This document shows positions 10,320 to 22,189 of a DNA stretch of 64,000 nucleotides, one piece after another. The notes under the pieces are model-generated. The model was not told the origin of the DNA. It searched no databases and saw nothing but the letters and a program-made list of their open reading frames with translations. Location of the stretch: contig CACNIF010000003.1 in the NCBI GenBank assembly GCA_902620465.1, positions 49,767 through 113,766 of the forward strand, given 5' to 3'. Numbering within the stretch: the stretch's first letter is position 1; the number at the start of each line of letters is the position of its first letter. A program made the position numbers and the translations under genes. Source of the stretch: an uncultured Pelagibacteraceae bacterium (GTDB taxonomy: Bacteria; Pseudomonadota; Alphaproteobacteria; Pelagibacterales; Pelagibacteraceae).

Positions 10320-11640
10320 GGATAAAGATAGAATTTTTCAAAACTTATATAACGATTTGGGTTCTGATATAATTTCAGCTCAAAAAAGAGGTGACTGGGT
10401 CAATACTAAAGAAATTATAAGTAAAGGAAGAGATTGGATCATTAATGAAGTTAAAGAGTCTCAACTTAGAGGAAGAGGTGGCGCGGGGTTTCCAACAGGT
10501 TTAAAATGGTCCTTTGCACCTAAAGAAGTTGGATCACGTCCACATTATTTAGTGATTAATGCTGATGAGTCAGAACCAGGAACTTGTAAGGATAGAGACA
10601 TTTTAAGATTTGAACCGCATAAATTAATCGAAGGTTGTTTGATAGCATCCTATGCGGTTCAAGCACATGTTTGCTATATTTATATTAGAGGTGAATATTT
10701 CATTGATGGACAAAAACTTCAATCTGCTATTGATGATGCTTATGAAAAAAAATTGATTGGAAAAAATGCTTCTGGAACTGGATGGGATCTTGACATTTAT
10801 ATCCATTATGGTGCAGGAGCTTATATTTGTGGTGAAGAGACTGCACTACTAGAAAGCATTGAAGGAAATAAAGGTCAGCCAAGATTGAAGCCACCTTTCC
10901 CTGCATTAGTAGGACTTTATGGTTGCCCCACAATAATTAACAATGTTGAAACTATAGCTGTAATTCCTACGATACTTAGAAGAGGTGGAAAATGGTTTGC
11001 ATCATTGGGGAGAGAAAAAAATACAGGTACAAAAATTTTCTGTATTTCTGGAAATGTTAATTCCCCATGTAATGTTGAAGAAGAAATGAATATTCCTTTA
11101 AAAGAATTAATTGAAGTACATGCCGGAGGTGTAGTCGGTGGGTGGGATAATTTACAGGCAGTAATACCAGGTGGATCGTCAATGCCACTTATACCAAAAG
11201 AAAAATGTGAAACTTTAACGATGGATTTTGACTCATTAATAACTGAGAAAAGTGGATTAGGAACTGCAGGAGTGGTCGTGATTAATAAAGATCAAGATAT
11301 TATTAAATGTATGGCCAGAATAGCAAGATTTTATAAACATGAAAGCTGTGGCCAGTGTACACCATGCCGGGAGGGATCAGGTTGGATGTGGAGAATGCTG
11401 GAAAGAATGGCAAAGGGAGAGGCATCAAAAGATGAAATAGAAATGTTAGGAGATGTTACAAAACAAATAGAGGGCCACACTATATGTGCTTTTGGGGAAG
11501 GATCGTCATGGCCAGTTCAAGGATTACTAAGACACTTTAAAGATGAAATTAAAAAAAGAAACAAATTTGACCCTATTGTTAAAGAAAACAAGAATATCCC
11601 TTATTTAGTTGATCAACATTTATTAGATAAAAATGCTTAA
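10312..11640 (+). CDS. nuoF: NADH-quinone oxidoreductase subunit F
   Basis: [48 protein letters not shown]. Confidence 0.99.
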   Translation: MLKDKDRIFQNLYNDLGSDIISAQKRGDWVNTKEIISKGRDWIINEVKESQLRGRGGAGFPTGLKWSFAPKEVGSRPHYLVINADESEPGTCKDRDILRFEPHKLIEGCLIASYAVQAHVCYIYIRGEYFIDGQKLQSAIDDAYEKKLIGKNASGTGWDLDIYIHYGAGAYICGEETALLESIEGNKGQPRLKPPFPALVGLYGCPTIINNVETIAVIPTILRRGGKWFASLGREKNTGTKIFCISGNVNSPCNVEEEMNIPLKELIEVHAGGVVGGWDNLQAVIPGGSSMPLIPKEKCETLTMDFDSLITEKSGLGTAGVVVINKDQDIIKCMARIARFYKHESCGQCTPCREGSGWMWRMLERMAKGEASKDEIEMLGDVTKQIEGHTICAFGEGSSWPVQGLLRHFKDEIKKRNKFDPIVKENKNIPYLVDQHLLDKNA

Positions 11641-13666
11641 ATTAAAAGTAAACGATATTGAAGTTGAGGTTGAGGAGGGTTTAACTGTTCTCCAAGCTTG
11701 TGAAAAAGCAGGGGCTGAAATTCCGAGATTTTGTTATCATGAAAAATTATCAATAGCGGGAAATTGTAGAATGTGTTTAGTTGAAATGGAAAAATCTCCT
11801 AAACCAGTAGCCTCATGCGCAATGCCAGCGGCTGATGGAATGGTGATAAGAACAAATACTCCAAAAATAGAAAAATCTAGAAAAGGTGTAATGGAATTCT
11901 TATTAGCAAATCACCCATTAGATTGTCCTGTTTGTGACCAAGGTGGAGAATGTGACCTTCAAGATCAATCAATGTTTTATGGTATTGATAAGTCAAGATT
12001 TAAAGAGAACAAAAGAGCAGTTCCAGATAAGAATATGGGTCCATTAATAAAGACTCAAATGACAAGATGTATTCATTGCACGAGATGTGTGAGATTTGCA
12101 ACAGAGATAGCAGGTGTTCCAGAATTAGGTGCTATTGGAAGAGGGGAAGATATGCAGATAACTACATATTTGGAACAGTCTGTTCAATCAGAGTTATCAG
12201 GAAATGTTATAGATCTTTGTCCAGTCGGGGCTCTCACTTCAAAACCTTACGTTTTTGAAGCAAGACCATGGGAACTTAAAAAAACTGAAACCATAGATGT
12301 GATGGATGCAGTTGGATCTAATATAAGAGTTGATACATATGATTGGGAAGTGAAAAGAGTATTACCAATAATAAATGAGGATATAAATGAGGAATGGATT
12401 TCAGATAAAACAAGATACGCGTGTGATGGGTTATTAAATCAAAGAATAGATACTCCATACATAAAATACAATAATAAGTTTGAAAAAGCTACTTGGGATG
12501 AAGTTTATAAAATTATTAAATCAAAAATTGAAAATACAGACAACAAAAAAATATGTGGTTTTGTTGGAGACCTTTCCAATATGGAGGCAAGTTTTATTTT
12601 TAAAGAATTTTTAGAAAGAACAATAAATACAAAAAATTATGAGTCTCGATCCATCAAAACTTTTATTGATAGTTCAAAAAGAGAAAATTACATATTTAAC
12701 TCAAGAATTAATGGAATTGAGGAAGCAGATTTAATCTTAATGATAGGGACTAATCCGAGATATGAAGCAACAATGATAAATGCAAGAATTAGAAAAGCAT
12801 TTTTAAATAATGGTACAAAAATTATCTCTTTAAACAACATTGGAGACCTTACTTATCCATATGAAAGTTTAGATGGAAATACACAGACTTTAAAAGATAT
12901 TTTTGATAACAATAATGAAATTTCGAAAAAGATAATTAATTCAAAAAAACCATTAATTATAATTGGAGAGTCTTTTTTAAGAATTAGATCTGCTGAATAC
13001 TTATTTAATTCGCTTAAAGATTTTTTAAAAAAGAATGAAAAAATTTCAAGTGAATGGAATCCACTTAATGTATTATCAGTAGATGCAGGAACAGTTGGTA
13101 ATTTGGATTTAGATATAATTGATAAAAATAATGAATTACTTGATGAAGTGAAAGAAAACAAATTTGAAATCATTTATCTGCTAGGACAGGACAACATAGA
13201 TTTTAAGAAGAAAGATGAATTTATTATTTATCAAGGTAGCCATGGTGATAGAGGTGCAGAGATTGCAGATATTATTTTACCTGGTGCTGCATACACAGAG
13301 CAATCAGGACATTACACAAACTTAGAGGGAAAAATTCAGAAAGCCTACAAGGCATCATATCCGCCTGGTGATGCAAAAGAAGATTGGCAAATAATTAATG
13401 ATCTTGCAGAAGTAATGAATAACAGAAAACTTTTTAATGATAAAGAGGAGCTTGAAAGTAGTATGTTTAATTATTTAAAAATAAAACAAGAGCAAAAAAA
13501 TTCTGAATTTATTAAAAAGATTGAACAAAAAACTTTTGAAAACGAAAAAATAAAAGTTGAATTTAAAGATTACTATTTTTCTAATGTAGTTGCCCGAGCA
13601 TCAAAAACAATGTTTGAATGTAATAATTCAAAGTTAGTTTTAAAAAAAACAGGTACAGAGGGATAA
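11633..13666 (+). CDS. nuoG: NADH-quinone oxidoreductase subunit G
   Basis: [39 protein letters not shown]. Confidence 0.99.
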   Translation: MLKLKVNDIEVEVEEGLTVLQACEKAGAEIPRFCYHEKLSIAGNCRMCLVEMEKSPKPVASCAMPAADGMVIRTNTPKIEKSRKGVMEFLLANHPLDCPVCDQGGECDLQDQSMFYGIDKSRFKENKRAVPDKNMGPLIKTQMTRCIHCTRCVRFATEIAGVPELGAIGRGEDMQITTYLEQSVQSELSGNVIDLCPVGALTSKPYVFEARPWELKKTETIDVMDAVGSNIRVDTYDWEVKRVLPIINEDINEEWISDKTRYACDGLLNQRIDTPYIKYNNKFEKATWDEVYKIIKSKIENTDNKKICGFVGDLSNMEASFIFKEFLERTINTKNYESRSIKTFIDSSKRENYIFNSRINGIEEADLILMIGTNPRYEATMINARIRKAFLNNGTKIISLNNIGDLTYPYESLDGNTQTLKDIFDNNNEISKKIINSKKPLIIIGESFLRIRSAEYLFNSLKDFLKKNEKISSEWNPLNVLSVDAGTVGNLDLDIIDKNNELLDEVKENKFEIIYLLGQDNIDFKKKDEFIIYQGSHGDRGAEIADIILPGAAYTEQSGHYTNLEGKIQKAYKASYPPGDAKEDWQIINDLAEVMNNRKLFNDKEELESSMFNYLKIKQEQKNSEFIKKIEQKTFENEKIKVEFKDYYFSNVVARASKTMFECNNSKLVLKKTGTEG

Positions 13667-13669
13667 TAA

Positions 13670-14668
13670 ATGGAATATTTAGATTTAATTTTTCAGGAAA
13701 CATATAAGATTTTATTTTTACTGGTGCCAGTTTTAGTATCTGTCGCGATGATTGTCTGGTTAGATAGAAGGGTTTGGGCTTTTGTTCAAAAAAGACAAGG
13801 TCCAAATGTTGTAGGTCCATTTGGCTTACTGCAATCTTTAGCTGATGCGCTTAAATATATTTTTAAAGAAATAATTATACCTGCTAGCTCAAATAAAATA
13901 ATTTTCATTTTAGCACCAATTATTACAATGACACTTGCTTTGATAGCTTGGGCTGTGATTCCCTTTGGTGTTGGTCAAGTTCTAGCTGATATTAACGTAG
14001 GAATTTTGTATATATTCGCTGTTTCATCATTAGGTGTCTATGGAATAATAATGGGTGGATGGGCGTCAAATTCTAAATACCCATTTTTAGGTTCAATAAG
14101 ATCAGCGGCACAAATGGTTTCTTACGAGGTATCAATAGGTATAATAATTATAAATGTCTTATTGTGTGTAGGCTCATTAAATTTAAGTGACATAGTACTT
14201 GCTCAGAAGGACATGTGGTTTGTTATTCCATTGTTTCCAATGTTCATAATTTTTTTTATTTCAGCATTAGCTGAAACAAACAGGCCACCTTTTGATTTAC
14301 CTGAAGCAGAGGCAGAATTAGTTGCAGGATATCAAACGGAGTATTCTGGAATGATGTACGCAATGTTTTGGTTAGGAGAGTACGCAAATATTCTATTAAT
14401 GTGTGCTTTAGGATCAATCTTATTTTTAGGAGGGTGGCTTTCTCCGATTGAGCTCTATCCATTTAACTTAATTCCAGGAGCTCTTTGGCTAATTTTTAAG
14501 ATATTATTTTTATTTATACTTTTTGCGTTGGTAAAAGCTATTGTACCAAGATATAGATATGATCAGCTCATGAGACTAGGTTGGAAAATATTTTTACCAT
14601 TATCTTTAACTTACGTTGTTCTAACTGCTAGTTATCTTTTTTATTTTAACCTTTTACCTACTAATTAA
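13670..14668 (+). CDS. nuoH: NADH-quinone oxidoreductase subunit H
   Basis: [40 protein letters not shown]. Confidence 0.99.
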   Translation: MEYLDLIFQETYKILFLLVPVLVSVAMIVWLDRRVWAFVQKRQGPNVVGPFGLLQSLADALKYIFKEIIIPASSNKIIFILAPIITMTLALIAWAVIPFGVGQVLADINVGILYIFAVSSLGVYGIIMGGWASNSKYPFLGSIRSAAQMVSYEVSIGIIIINVLLCVGSLNLSDIVLAQKDMWFVIPLFPMFIIFFISALAETNRPPFDLPEAEAELVAGYQTEYSGMMYAMFWLGEYANILLMCALGSILFLGGWLSPIELYPFNLIPGALWLIFKILFLFILFALVKAIVPRYRYDQLMRLGWKIFLPLSLTYVVLTASYLFYFNLLPTN

Positions 14669-15154
14669 ATGAAAATTTCTAGATTTTTAAAAACGATATT
14701 TATGACAGATTTTATTGGAGGGCTTTTTATTGCGATAAAAGAATTTTTTAAATCAAAAAAAACAATAAATTATCCATTTGAAAAAGGCAAAATAAGTCCA
14801 AGGTTTAGAGGTGAACATGCTTTAAGAAGATATCCCAATGGAGAAGAAAGATGTATTGCATGTAAATTATGTGAAGCTGTTTGCCCTGCTCAAGCTATTA
14901 CTATTGAGTCTTCTCAAAGAGAAGATGGAAGCAGAAAAACGACTCGTTATGACATCGATATGATGAAATGTATTTATTGTGGTTTATGTGAAGAGTCTTG
15001 TCCTGTAGATGCAATAGTTCAAGGACCTAATTTTGAATTTTCTACAGAAACTCGTGAAGAGCTTTATTACACTAAAGAAAAACTTCTTGATAATGGAGAT
15101 AGATGGGAAAATATTTTGGCTGCTAATATTAAGTCAGATAATCCTTACAGATAA
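14669..15154 (+). CDS. nuoI: NADH-quinone oxidoreductase subunit I
   Basis: Two 4Fe-4S motifs [12 protein letters not shown] and [12 protein letters not shown]. Confidence 0.99.
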   Translation: MKISRFLKTIFMTDFIGGLFIAIKEFFKSKKTINYPFEKGKISPRFRGEHALRRYPNGEERCIACKLCEAVCPAQAITIESSQREDGSRKTTRYDIDMMKCIYCGLCEESCPVDAIVQGPNFEFSTETREELYYTKEKLLDNGDRWENILAANIKSDNPYR

Positions 15155-15157
15155 TTT

Positions 15158-15790
15158 ATGATTGCGCATGCAATATTTTTTTACGTATTCTCTATAATTG
15201 CAGTGGTCTCAGCGGTCATGGTCACAGTATCAAAAAATACTGTCCATTCTGTTTTTTTTTTAATTTTAGATTTTATAAGTATATCTTGTCTTTTTATCAT
15301 GATTGGTGCTGAATTTTTAGGAATGATAATGCTAATTGTTTATGTGGGGGCTGTGGCAGTATTGTTTTTATTTGTTGTAATGATGCTAAATGTTGCTCAA
15401 CAAAAAAATCAATGGTTTATATCTAAAGAAAACTCCAATCACATACCAATTGGATTATTAATAAGTGTTATAATCTTTTTTGAACTTATAATTGTTATAG
15501 GTGGATGGAAATACAAACCCGACTTATTTGACCAAGGTAATCTATCAATAGTAAACGATGTTAGTAATACTCATTCATTAGGAATGGTTTTATATACAGA
15601 CTATATTCACATCTTTCAAATTAGTGGAATGATACTTCTAATAGCAATGATAGGGGCTATTGTTCTTACTTTTAGACAAAGAGAGGGCGTTAAAAAACAA
15701 AGTTATTTGAAACAAATTTCTAGAGAAAGAGCTGAGGGTGTAGAGGTTGTAGAGGTTGCTTCTAATAGAGGAGTTAAAATAGATGATTGA
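15158..15790 (+). CDS. nuoJ: NADH-quinone oxidoreductase subunit J
   Basis: [18 protein letters not shown], hydrophobic profile, operon position. Confidence 0.98.
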   Translation: MIAHAIFFYVFSIIAVVSAVMVTVSKNTVHSVFFLILDFISISCLFIMIGAEFLGMIMLIVYVGAVAVLFLFVVMMLNVAQQKNQWFISKENSNHIPIGLLISVIIFFELIIVIGGWKYKPDLFDQGNLSIVNDVSNTHSLGMVLYTDYIHIFQISGMILLIAMIGAIVLTFRQREGVKKQSYLKQISRERAEGVEVVEVASNRGVKIDD

Positions 15791-16094
15791 AATAGGCTTA
15801 GGACATTACTTAACATTGGGTGCAGTTATTTTTAGTATTGGAATAATTGGAATTTTTTTAAATAGAAAAAATATTATTGTAATACTTATGAGTATAGAAC
15901 TCATATTATTGGCTGTTAATATAAACCTAGTTTCGTTCTCAATGTATTTGGGTGATTTGACTGGACAAGTATTTACTTTATTTATATTAACTGTTGCTGC
16001 TGCTGAAGCAGCAATCGGCCTTGCAATCATAGTTGTTTATTACAGAAACTCAGGAACAATTCGTGTTGAGGAAATAGATAAATTAAAAGGGTAA
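15783..16094 (+). CDS. nuoK: NADH-quinone oxidoreductase subunit K
   Basis: [22 protein letters not shown]. Confidence 0.99.
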   Translation: MIEIGLGHYLTLGAVIFSIGIIGIFLNRKNIIVILMSIELILLAVNINLVSFSMYLGDLTGQVFTLFILTVAAAEAAIGLAIIVVYYRNSGTIRVEEIDKLKG

Positions 16095-16095
16095 A

Positions 16096-18009
16096 ATGGA
16101 AATTTCAATAATAGCTTTACCTTTGATAGCCTCAATAATATCTGGATTTTTTGGAAAATTTATCGGTGATCGAAATTCTGAAATAATTACAAGTTTATTG
16201 GTATCGATATCGGCTATTTTATCAGCTCTAGTTTTATACGAGGTAATAGTCAATCAATATCAAGATAACATCACAATAGCTACATGGATAAGCTCAGGAT
16301 CATTAAATGTTAATTGGTCTATGAAGATTGATGCGTTATCAGCTGTAATGTTGGTTGTAGTAACATCTGTTTCTGCACTTGTTCATATTTATTCAATTGG
16401 TTATATGTCTCATGATCCTCATAAGCCAAGGTTCATGGCTTATTTATCATTATTTACTTTTGCGATGTTAATGTTGGTAACTTCAGATAATTTCATTCAA
16501 TTATTTTTTGGTTGGGAGGGAGTTGGTCTATGTTCGTATTTCTTAATAGGTTTTTGGTTTAAAAAAGAGTCTGCAAATAAAGCAGCAATTAAGGCATTTG
16601 TTGTTAATAGAGTTGGAGATTTTGGATTTGCTCTAGGTATTTTTTTAATATTTTATTTATTCGGAACAGTAAATTATTCTGAGGTTTTCCAACAAATTCC
16701 AAACATTACAGAAAAAAATCTAGTTTTTTTAGGTATCGAAATTAATGCGATAGATTTGATTTGCTTACTTTTGTTTATCGGCGCCATGGGTAAATCAGCT
16801 CAAATTCTACTTCATACTTGGTTGCCAGATGCTATGGAAGGTCCAACACCTGTGTCCGCTTTAATTCATGCAGCAACTATGGTTACAGCAGGTATTTTCC
16901 TTGTTGTTAGATGTTCACCAATTTACGAATATTCTGAATTTGTATTAAATATTATTACTGTAATTGGTATGAGCACAGCTTTTTTTGCTGCAACTGTTGC
17001 TTTGGTTCAAAATGATATAAAAAAGATAATAGCTTATTCAACATGTAGTCAATTAGGTTATATGTTCTTTGCTACCGGAGTTGGTGCTTATAACGTAGCA
17101 ATGTTTCATTTATTCACTCATGCTTTCTTTAAAGCTTTACTATTTTTGGGATCTGGTTCGGTCATTCATGCATTCAAAGATGAACAAGATATAAATAAAA
17201 TGGGGGGAGTATGGAAAAAATTACCTTACACTTACTCACTGATGATTATAGGAACTTTAGCATTAACCGGTTTTCCCTTGTTATCAGGTTTTTATTCTAA
17301 GGATGCGATAATTGAATTTGCCTACTTAAGAGGTAATACGACAGGTTATTATGCTGCTGGAATTGGGATCTTTACAGCATTTTTAACATCCATTTATTCT
17401 TGGAGATTAATATTCAAAACTTTTCACGGCGATTATAATAATAAAGAGATAAAAATTGAGGATACTCATGAGTCTCCTATAGTTATGTTGATACCTCTAG
17501 CCCTACTTTCTTTGGGTGCAATATTTGCTGGATTTATTTTTAAAGATTTGTTTATTGGTAATTATGGTTTGAACAATTTTTGGAAAGACTCAATATTTTT
17601 TTTAAAACCATTAAGCAATGAACATCCTCCATTATGGTTTTTGTTATTAACTCCAATACTTGTAATTTTATCTATACCAACGGCATATTATTTATTTGTT
17701 AAAAATAAAAATTTACCAGAACAAATTGTAAAAATTAACAAACCTTTATACCAATTTTTATTAAACAAGTGGTATTTTGATGAGTTATATGATGCACTAT
17801 TTGTGAAACCATCAAAAAAATTTGGATTATTTTTGTGGAAGTTTTTTGATTTAAAGATAATCGATGGTTTTGGGCCCGATGGTATCTCTGCTATTATCAA
17901 AAGATTTTCGGTTAAAGCAAACAAATTTCAAAGTGGATTTATTTACCAATATGCTTTTGTTATGCTTCTTGGATTTTCTGCTTTATTAACCTTTCTAATT
18001 GTAAAATAA
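16096..18009 (+). CDS. nuoL: NADH-quinone oxidoreductase subunit L
   Basis: GWEGVGLCSY, KSAQILLHTWLPDAMEGPTPVSALIHAATMV, HAFFKALLF. Confidence 0.99.
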   Translation: MEISIIALPLIASIISGFFGKFIGDRNSEIITSLLVSISAILSALVLYEVIVNQYQDNITIATWISSGSLNVNWSMKIDALSAVMLVVVTSVSALVHIYSIGYMSHDPHKPRFMAYLSLFTFAMLMLVTSDNFIQLFFGWEGVGLCSYFLIGFWFKKESANKAAIKAFVVNRVGDFGFALGIFLIFYLFGTVNYSEVFQQIPNITEKNLVFLGIEINAIDLICLLLFIGAMGKSAQILLHTWLPDAMEGPTPVSALIHAATMVTAGIFLVVRCSPIYEYSEFVLNIITVIGMSTAFFAATVALVQNDIKKIIAYSTCSQLGYMFFATGVGAYNVAMFHLFTHAFFKALLFLGSGSVIHAFKDEQDINKMGGVWKKLPYTYSLMIIGTLALTGFPLLSGFYSKDAIIEFAYLRGNTTGYYAAGIGIFTAFLTSIYSWRLIFKTFHGDYNNKEIKIEDTHESPIVMLIPLALLSLGAIFAGFIFKDLFIGNYGLNNFWKDSIFFLKPLSNEHPPLWFLLLTPILVILSIPTAYYLFVKNKNLPEQIVKINKPLYQFLLNKWYFDELYDALFVKPSKKFGLFLWKFFDLKIIDGFGPDGISAIIKRFSVKANKFQSGFIYQYAFVMLLGFSALLTFLIVK

Positions 18010-19493
18010 TGAACTTTCCTATTTTATCTTCACTAATTTTATTACCAACAGTAGGAGCGTTTTTTTTATTTTTTACAAGAGGTAATAAGAAAAATAATTT
18101 TACTGTAAAATATGTTGCATTGTTCACTTCTTTTGTAAATTTTCTTCTATCTATCTATTTATGGATACTTTTCGATCATACTACTTCAGAGTTTCAATTT
18201 GTAGAACAAAGAATTTGGATTAAGGATTTTATAAATTATAAAGTGGGTGTTGATGGGATTTCAATTTTATTTATTTTACTGACAACATTTATTACCCCAC
18301 TTTGTATCTTGTCAGTTAATAATTCTATCAAAGAAAGATTAAGTGAATTTTTAATAGCAGTATTAATTATGGAGTCTTTCATGATAGGAGTATTTTGTTC
18401 TTTAGATCTTGTAATTTTTTACTTATTTTTTGAGGCTGGTCTGATACCGATGTTTTTAATTATTGGGATATGGGGAGGGGCTAGAAGAGTTTATTCTGCA
18501 TTTAAATTTTTTCTTTACACTTTACTTGGGTCAGTATTAATGTTGGTTGCTATTATTACTATATATTGGTTGACCGGGACAACAGACGTAATTGAACTTT
18601 ATAGTTTAGGTATCGAAACTAAATATCAAAATTTGTTATGGCTTGCTTTTTTTAGCTCTTTTGCAGTCAAAACTCCAATGTGGCCAGTTCACACTTGGTT
18701 ACCAGATGCTCATGTTGAAGCTCCAACAGCAGGATCAGTTTTATTAGCTGCAATTTTATTAAAAATGGCAGGTTATGGATTTATAAGATTTTCTTTGGGA
18801 TTATTTCCTGCTGCATCTGAAGTTTTTACTCCACTAATTTACACATTGAGCGTTATCGCAATTATTTTCACATCTTTTATCGCCTTAATGCAAGAGGATA
18901 TGAAAAAACTCATTGCATATTCTTCTGTTGCTCACATGGGATATGTTACTTTAGGTATTTTTACCATCCAACAACAGGGTATTGAGGGAAGTATTATTCA
19001 AATGATAAGTCATGGATTAGTTTCGGCCGCACTATTCTTGTGTGTTGGTGTTGTTTACGATCGGATGCATTCAAGACTTATTAATACTTATGGTGGAATT
19101 GTAAGTATCATTCCAAAGTATTCTGTCTTATTCATGTTATTTACTTTGGCAGCTTTAGGTCTTCCTGGCACTAGTGGGTTTGTAGGTGAATTTTTAATAT
19201 TGATGGGAGCATTTAAAGATAATTTTTTAGTTGCTGTTATTGCTAGCATCGGAGTTATTATTGGCGCAGCTTACATGCTTTGGTTATACAAAAGAGTGAT
19301 ATTTGGAAAATTAATTAATAATGACTTAAAAAAAATGATAGATTTGAATAGATCGGAGTCGATTATATTAACTTCTTTGGCTATACCAACTTTGTTTTTT
19401 GGTTTTTATCCAGATCCTTTGATAAATACAATAGAGGTATCTATTTCAGATTTGATAGAAACATACAACTTTAGATTAGCGAGCAAGATATAA
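18009..19493 (+). CDS. nuoM: NADH-quinone oxidoreductase subunit M
   Basis: KTPMWPVHTWLPDAHVEAP, LLKMAGYG, IAYSSVAHMG. Confidence 0.99.
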   Translation: MNFPILSSLILLPTVGAFFLFFTRGNKKNNFTVKYVALFTSFVNFLLSIYLWILFDHTTSEFQFVEQRIWIKDFINYKVGVDGISILFILLTTFITPLCILSVNNSIKERLSEFLIAVLIMESFMIGVFCSLDLVIFYLFFEAGLIPMFLIIGIWGGARRVYSAFKFFLYTLLGSVLMLVAIITIYWLTGTTDVIELYSLGIETKYQNLLWLAFFSSFAVKTPMWPVHTWLPDAHVEAPTAGSVLLAAILLKMAGYGFIRFSLGLFPAASEVFTPLIYTLSVIAIIFTSFIALMQEDMKKLIAYSSVAHMGYVTLGIFTIQQQGIEGSIIQMISHGLVSAALFLCVGVVYDRMHSRLINTYGGIVSIIPKYSVLFMLFTLAALGLPGTSGFVGEFLILMGAFKDNFLVAVIASIGVIIGAAYMLWLYKRVIFGKLINNDLKKMIDLNRSESIILTSLAIPTLFFGFYPDPLINTIEVSISDLIETYNFRLASKI

Positions 19494-20911
19494 TGACAAA
19501 TCTTCAATTAGTTTTTCCAGAGATTTTTTTATCCCTATCAATAATGTTTCTACTTATATTAGGTGTTTTTAAAAAAAATAGCTCAAAAATAATCCAAAAT
19601 CTTTCATTAGTAGTCTTACTTGTTACAGCAGTCATAACATTTAATGAAACAATTGGTATTAAAGAAGTTAAATTATTTAATAATAGTATAATTATAGACT
19701 ATTTATCGTCATTGATGAAAATTGTTACGCTGCTAGCCACTTTTTTAGTTTTAATCATTTCATCAAATTATTTAAGAACTTTTAAAATTTTTAAGATTGA
19801 ATATCCAATTTTAGTATTAAGCTCTGTTTTGGGAATGATGATTATGATTAATTCTAATGACTTGATTGTATTCTATATGGGTCTAGAACTTCAATCTCTA
19901 GCATTATATGTTTTGGCCACTTTTAATAGAGATCAAATAAAATCTTCAGAAGCTGGACTAAAATATTTTGTACTAAGCGCGCTATCTTCTGGATTACTTT
20001 TGTATGGATGTTCACTAATATATGGATTTACTGGATCAACAAATTTCAATGTGATTGCAAATCAACTAGGCTCTAGTGAATATGCTATTACCTTTGGAAT
20101 TGTTTTCATTTTAGTTGGGTTAGCGTTTAAAATCTCGGCTGTGCCGTTTCATATGTGGGCCCCAGATGTTTATGAAGGCTCACCAACTTCCGTAACTTTG
20201 TTTTTCACAATGGTACCAAAAGTTGCAGCTTTAACTGTATTTATTAGATTTTTATATGTAGCTTTTTTAAATTTAATTGATCAGTGGCAAATGATATTGA
20301 TATTTCTCTCTATTGCTTCGATGCTTTTTGGAGCAATTGCAGCAATAGGTCAAACCAATTTAAAAAGACTAGCAGCTTACAGTTCTATAGGACACGTGGG
20401 TTATGCTTTAGCAGGTGTTGCAACGGGCACAAATGAGGGAATGCAAAGTTCAGTAATATATATAATTATTTATATAATAATGAATTTAGGATTATTTTCT
20501 TGTTTGCTAATGATGAAAAGAGAAAATCAATACTACGAAAAAATAGAGGATTTATCGGGATTATCTAAAAATCATCCGATGTTAGCTTTATCACTGATGA
20601 TTATATTGTTTTCACTGGCAGGCATACCACCTTTAGCTGGATTTTTTGCTAAATTTTATGTTTTCAAATCAGTAATAGAACAATCAATGTATTTTTTAGC
20701 AATCGTGGGTTTATTATCAACAGTGGTTGCCGCTTTTTATTACTTAAGATTAATTAAGATTATGTATTTTGATAAAGAAAAAGAAAAATATGACACAGAT
20801 CATGGATTGTGGTTAAAATTTTCATTAACATTCTCAACATTATTAATTTTAGTTTACTTCATATTCCCAAGCCAACTTATTGAGGTAGTTTCTAGAATTA
20901 ATATTATTTGA
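19493..20911 (+). CDS. nuoN: NADH-quinone oxidoreductase subunit N
   Basis: SSEAGLKYF, FKISAVPFHMWAPDVYEG, SLAGIPPLAGF. Confidence 0.99.
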   Translation: MTNLQLVFPEIFLSLSIMFLLILGVFKKNSSKIIQNLSLVVLLVTAVITFNETIGIKEVKLFNNSIIIDYLSSLMKIVTLLATFLVLIISSNYLRTFKIFKIEYPILVLSSVLGMMIMINSNDLIVFYMGLELQSLALYVLATFNRDQIKSSEAGLKYFVLSALSSGLLLYGCSLIYGFTGSTNFNVIANQLGSSEYAITFGIVFILVGLAFKISAVPFHMWAPDVYEGSPTSVTLFFTMVPKVAALTVFIRFLYVAFLNLIDQWQMILIFLSIASMLFGAIAAIGQTNLKRLAAYSSIGHVGYALAGVATGTNEGMQSSVIYIIIYIIMNLGLFSCLLMMKRENQYYEKIEDLSGLSKNHPMLALSLMIILFSLAGIPPLAGFFAKFYVFKSVIEQSMYFLAIVGLLSTVVAAFYYLRLIKIMYFDKEKEKYDTDHGLWLKFSLTFSTLLILVYFIFPSQLIEVVSRINII

Positions 20912-21447
20912 TGAAGTTTAAAGTTTTTAAATATAAAAAAGTTAAGAGTACAAACAATACAGCAATAAGAATAATAAGAGAAACAAATCATAATTTTGGA
21001 ATGATAATATCAGAAACACAAACTGGTGGTAAAGGTCAGTATGGGAGAAAATGGATTTCTTATAAAGGAAATATTTTAATATCCTTTTTTTATAAATTAA
21101 AAAAGATAAATTTATCAATGAAACAACTATCTAGAAAAAATTGTTTTTTGGTTAAAGATGTAATTTCAAAATTTTATGATCGTAAAATAGTTTATAAATC
21201 ACCAAATGATTTATTGATTAATAAAAAAAAGATTTGTGGCATTTTGCAAGAAAAAATTAATAAATCAGGGAATGATTATCTAATTGTTGGTATTGGATTT
21301 AATTTGGTTAAAAGTCCTATAATCCCCAATTATCCTACAACTAATTTATTTGAAATTACTAAAAAAAAAATAAAAACTGAAATATTTATGAATCAATTAA
21401 AAAAATCCTTTGGTAAGTTTTTGTCAAAATATTATACAACTAAATAG
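20911..21447 (+). CDS. birA: Biotin--protein ligase, minimal catalytic core (no HTH; divergent motifs)
   Basis: STN, QTGGKGQYGRKW, KSPND, KKICGILQE, IGIGFN; conserved position after nuoN; start taken as ATG 20911 (TGATG overlap) rather than TTG 20908. Confidence 0.88.
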   Translation: MKFKVFKYKKVKSTNNTAIRIIRETNHNFGMIISETQTGGKGQYGRKWISYKGNILISFFYKLKKINLSMKQLSRKNCFLVKDVISKFYDRKIVYKSPNDLLINKKKICGILQEKINKSGNDYLIVGIGFNLVKSPIIPNYPTTNLFEITKKKIKTEIFMNQLKKSFGKFLSKYYTTK

Positions 21448-22188
21448 ATGATTATTCTAGGTGACATAGGAAATACTGAGACAAAAATTTGTTTGGTTAA
21501 TAACAATAACAAAATTATAAAAAAAATTATAATTCCTTCAAAAGGTAAAAAACTAAATTTATTGAACAAATATTTTAAAAAACTAGATTTTTCCTCAATA
21601 GATAAAATTTTATTTTGTAGTGTTGTACCATCAACCTACAAGGAACTAAAAAGATATTTCTACAATAAAACAAAAGTTAGGTGTTACGAATTAAAAGAGC
21701 TTAATTTGAAGAAAATTTTAAAGATCGATGTGAATTATAGGCAAGTAGGGTCAGATAGATTAGCAAATGCAATAAGTGTTACGCAGAAAAACAAAAATTT
21801 TATTGTTTTAGATTTTGGTACCGCAACAACATTTGATGTTTTAATTGGCAATAATTACAAAGGTGGAATTATATCTCCAGGTATTCAAATTTCTCTTAAC
21901 ACACTTTCAGACAAAGCATCTTTAATTCCAAAGATTGATTTAAAAAAAATTACAAAAGTAATTGGAAAAAATACCACATCAGCTGTCCGCTCAGGTTTTT
22001 TCTGGGGATATGCTGGATTAATTGACAATATTGTAAATTTAATTAAGAAAGAGACAAAAAAGTCTTTTAATATAATTACTACTGGAGGTTTTTCTAAATT
22101 GTTTAAAAACTCTATTAGTACAAAAGTTAAAAGGAATAGCGATATAACAATTAATGGCTTAATTAAGGCTTCAAAATTAATTAAATAA
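21448..22188 (+). CDS. coaX: Type III pantothenate kinase
   Basis: GDIGNT, CSVVP, GSDR, LDFGTATT, GGIISPG, TGG. Confidence 0.95.
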   Translation: MIILGDIGNTETKICLVNNNNKIIKKIIIPSKGKKLNLLNKYFKKLDFSSIDKILFCSVVPSTYKELKRYFYNKTKVRCYELKELNLKKILKIDVNYRQVGSDRLANAISVTQKNKNFIVLDFGTATTFDVLIGNNYKGGIISPGIQISLNTLSDKASLIPKIDLKKITKVIGKNTTSAVRSGFFWGYAGLIDNIVNLIKKETKKSFNIITTGGFSKLFKNSISTKVKRNSDITINGLIKASKLIK

Positions 22189-22189
22189 T

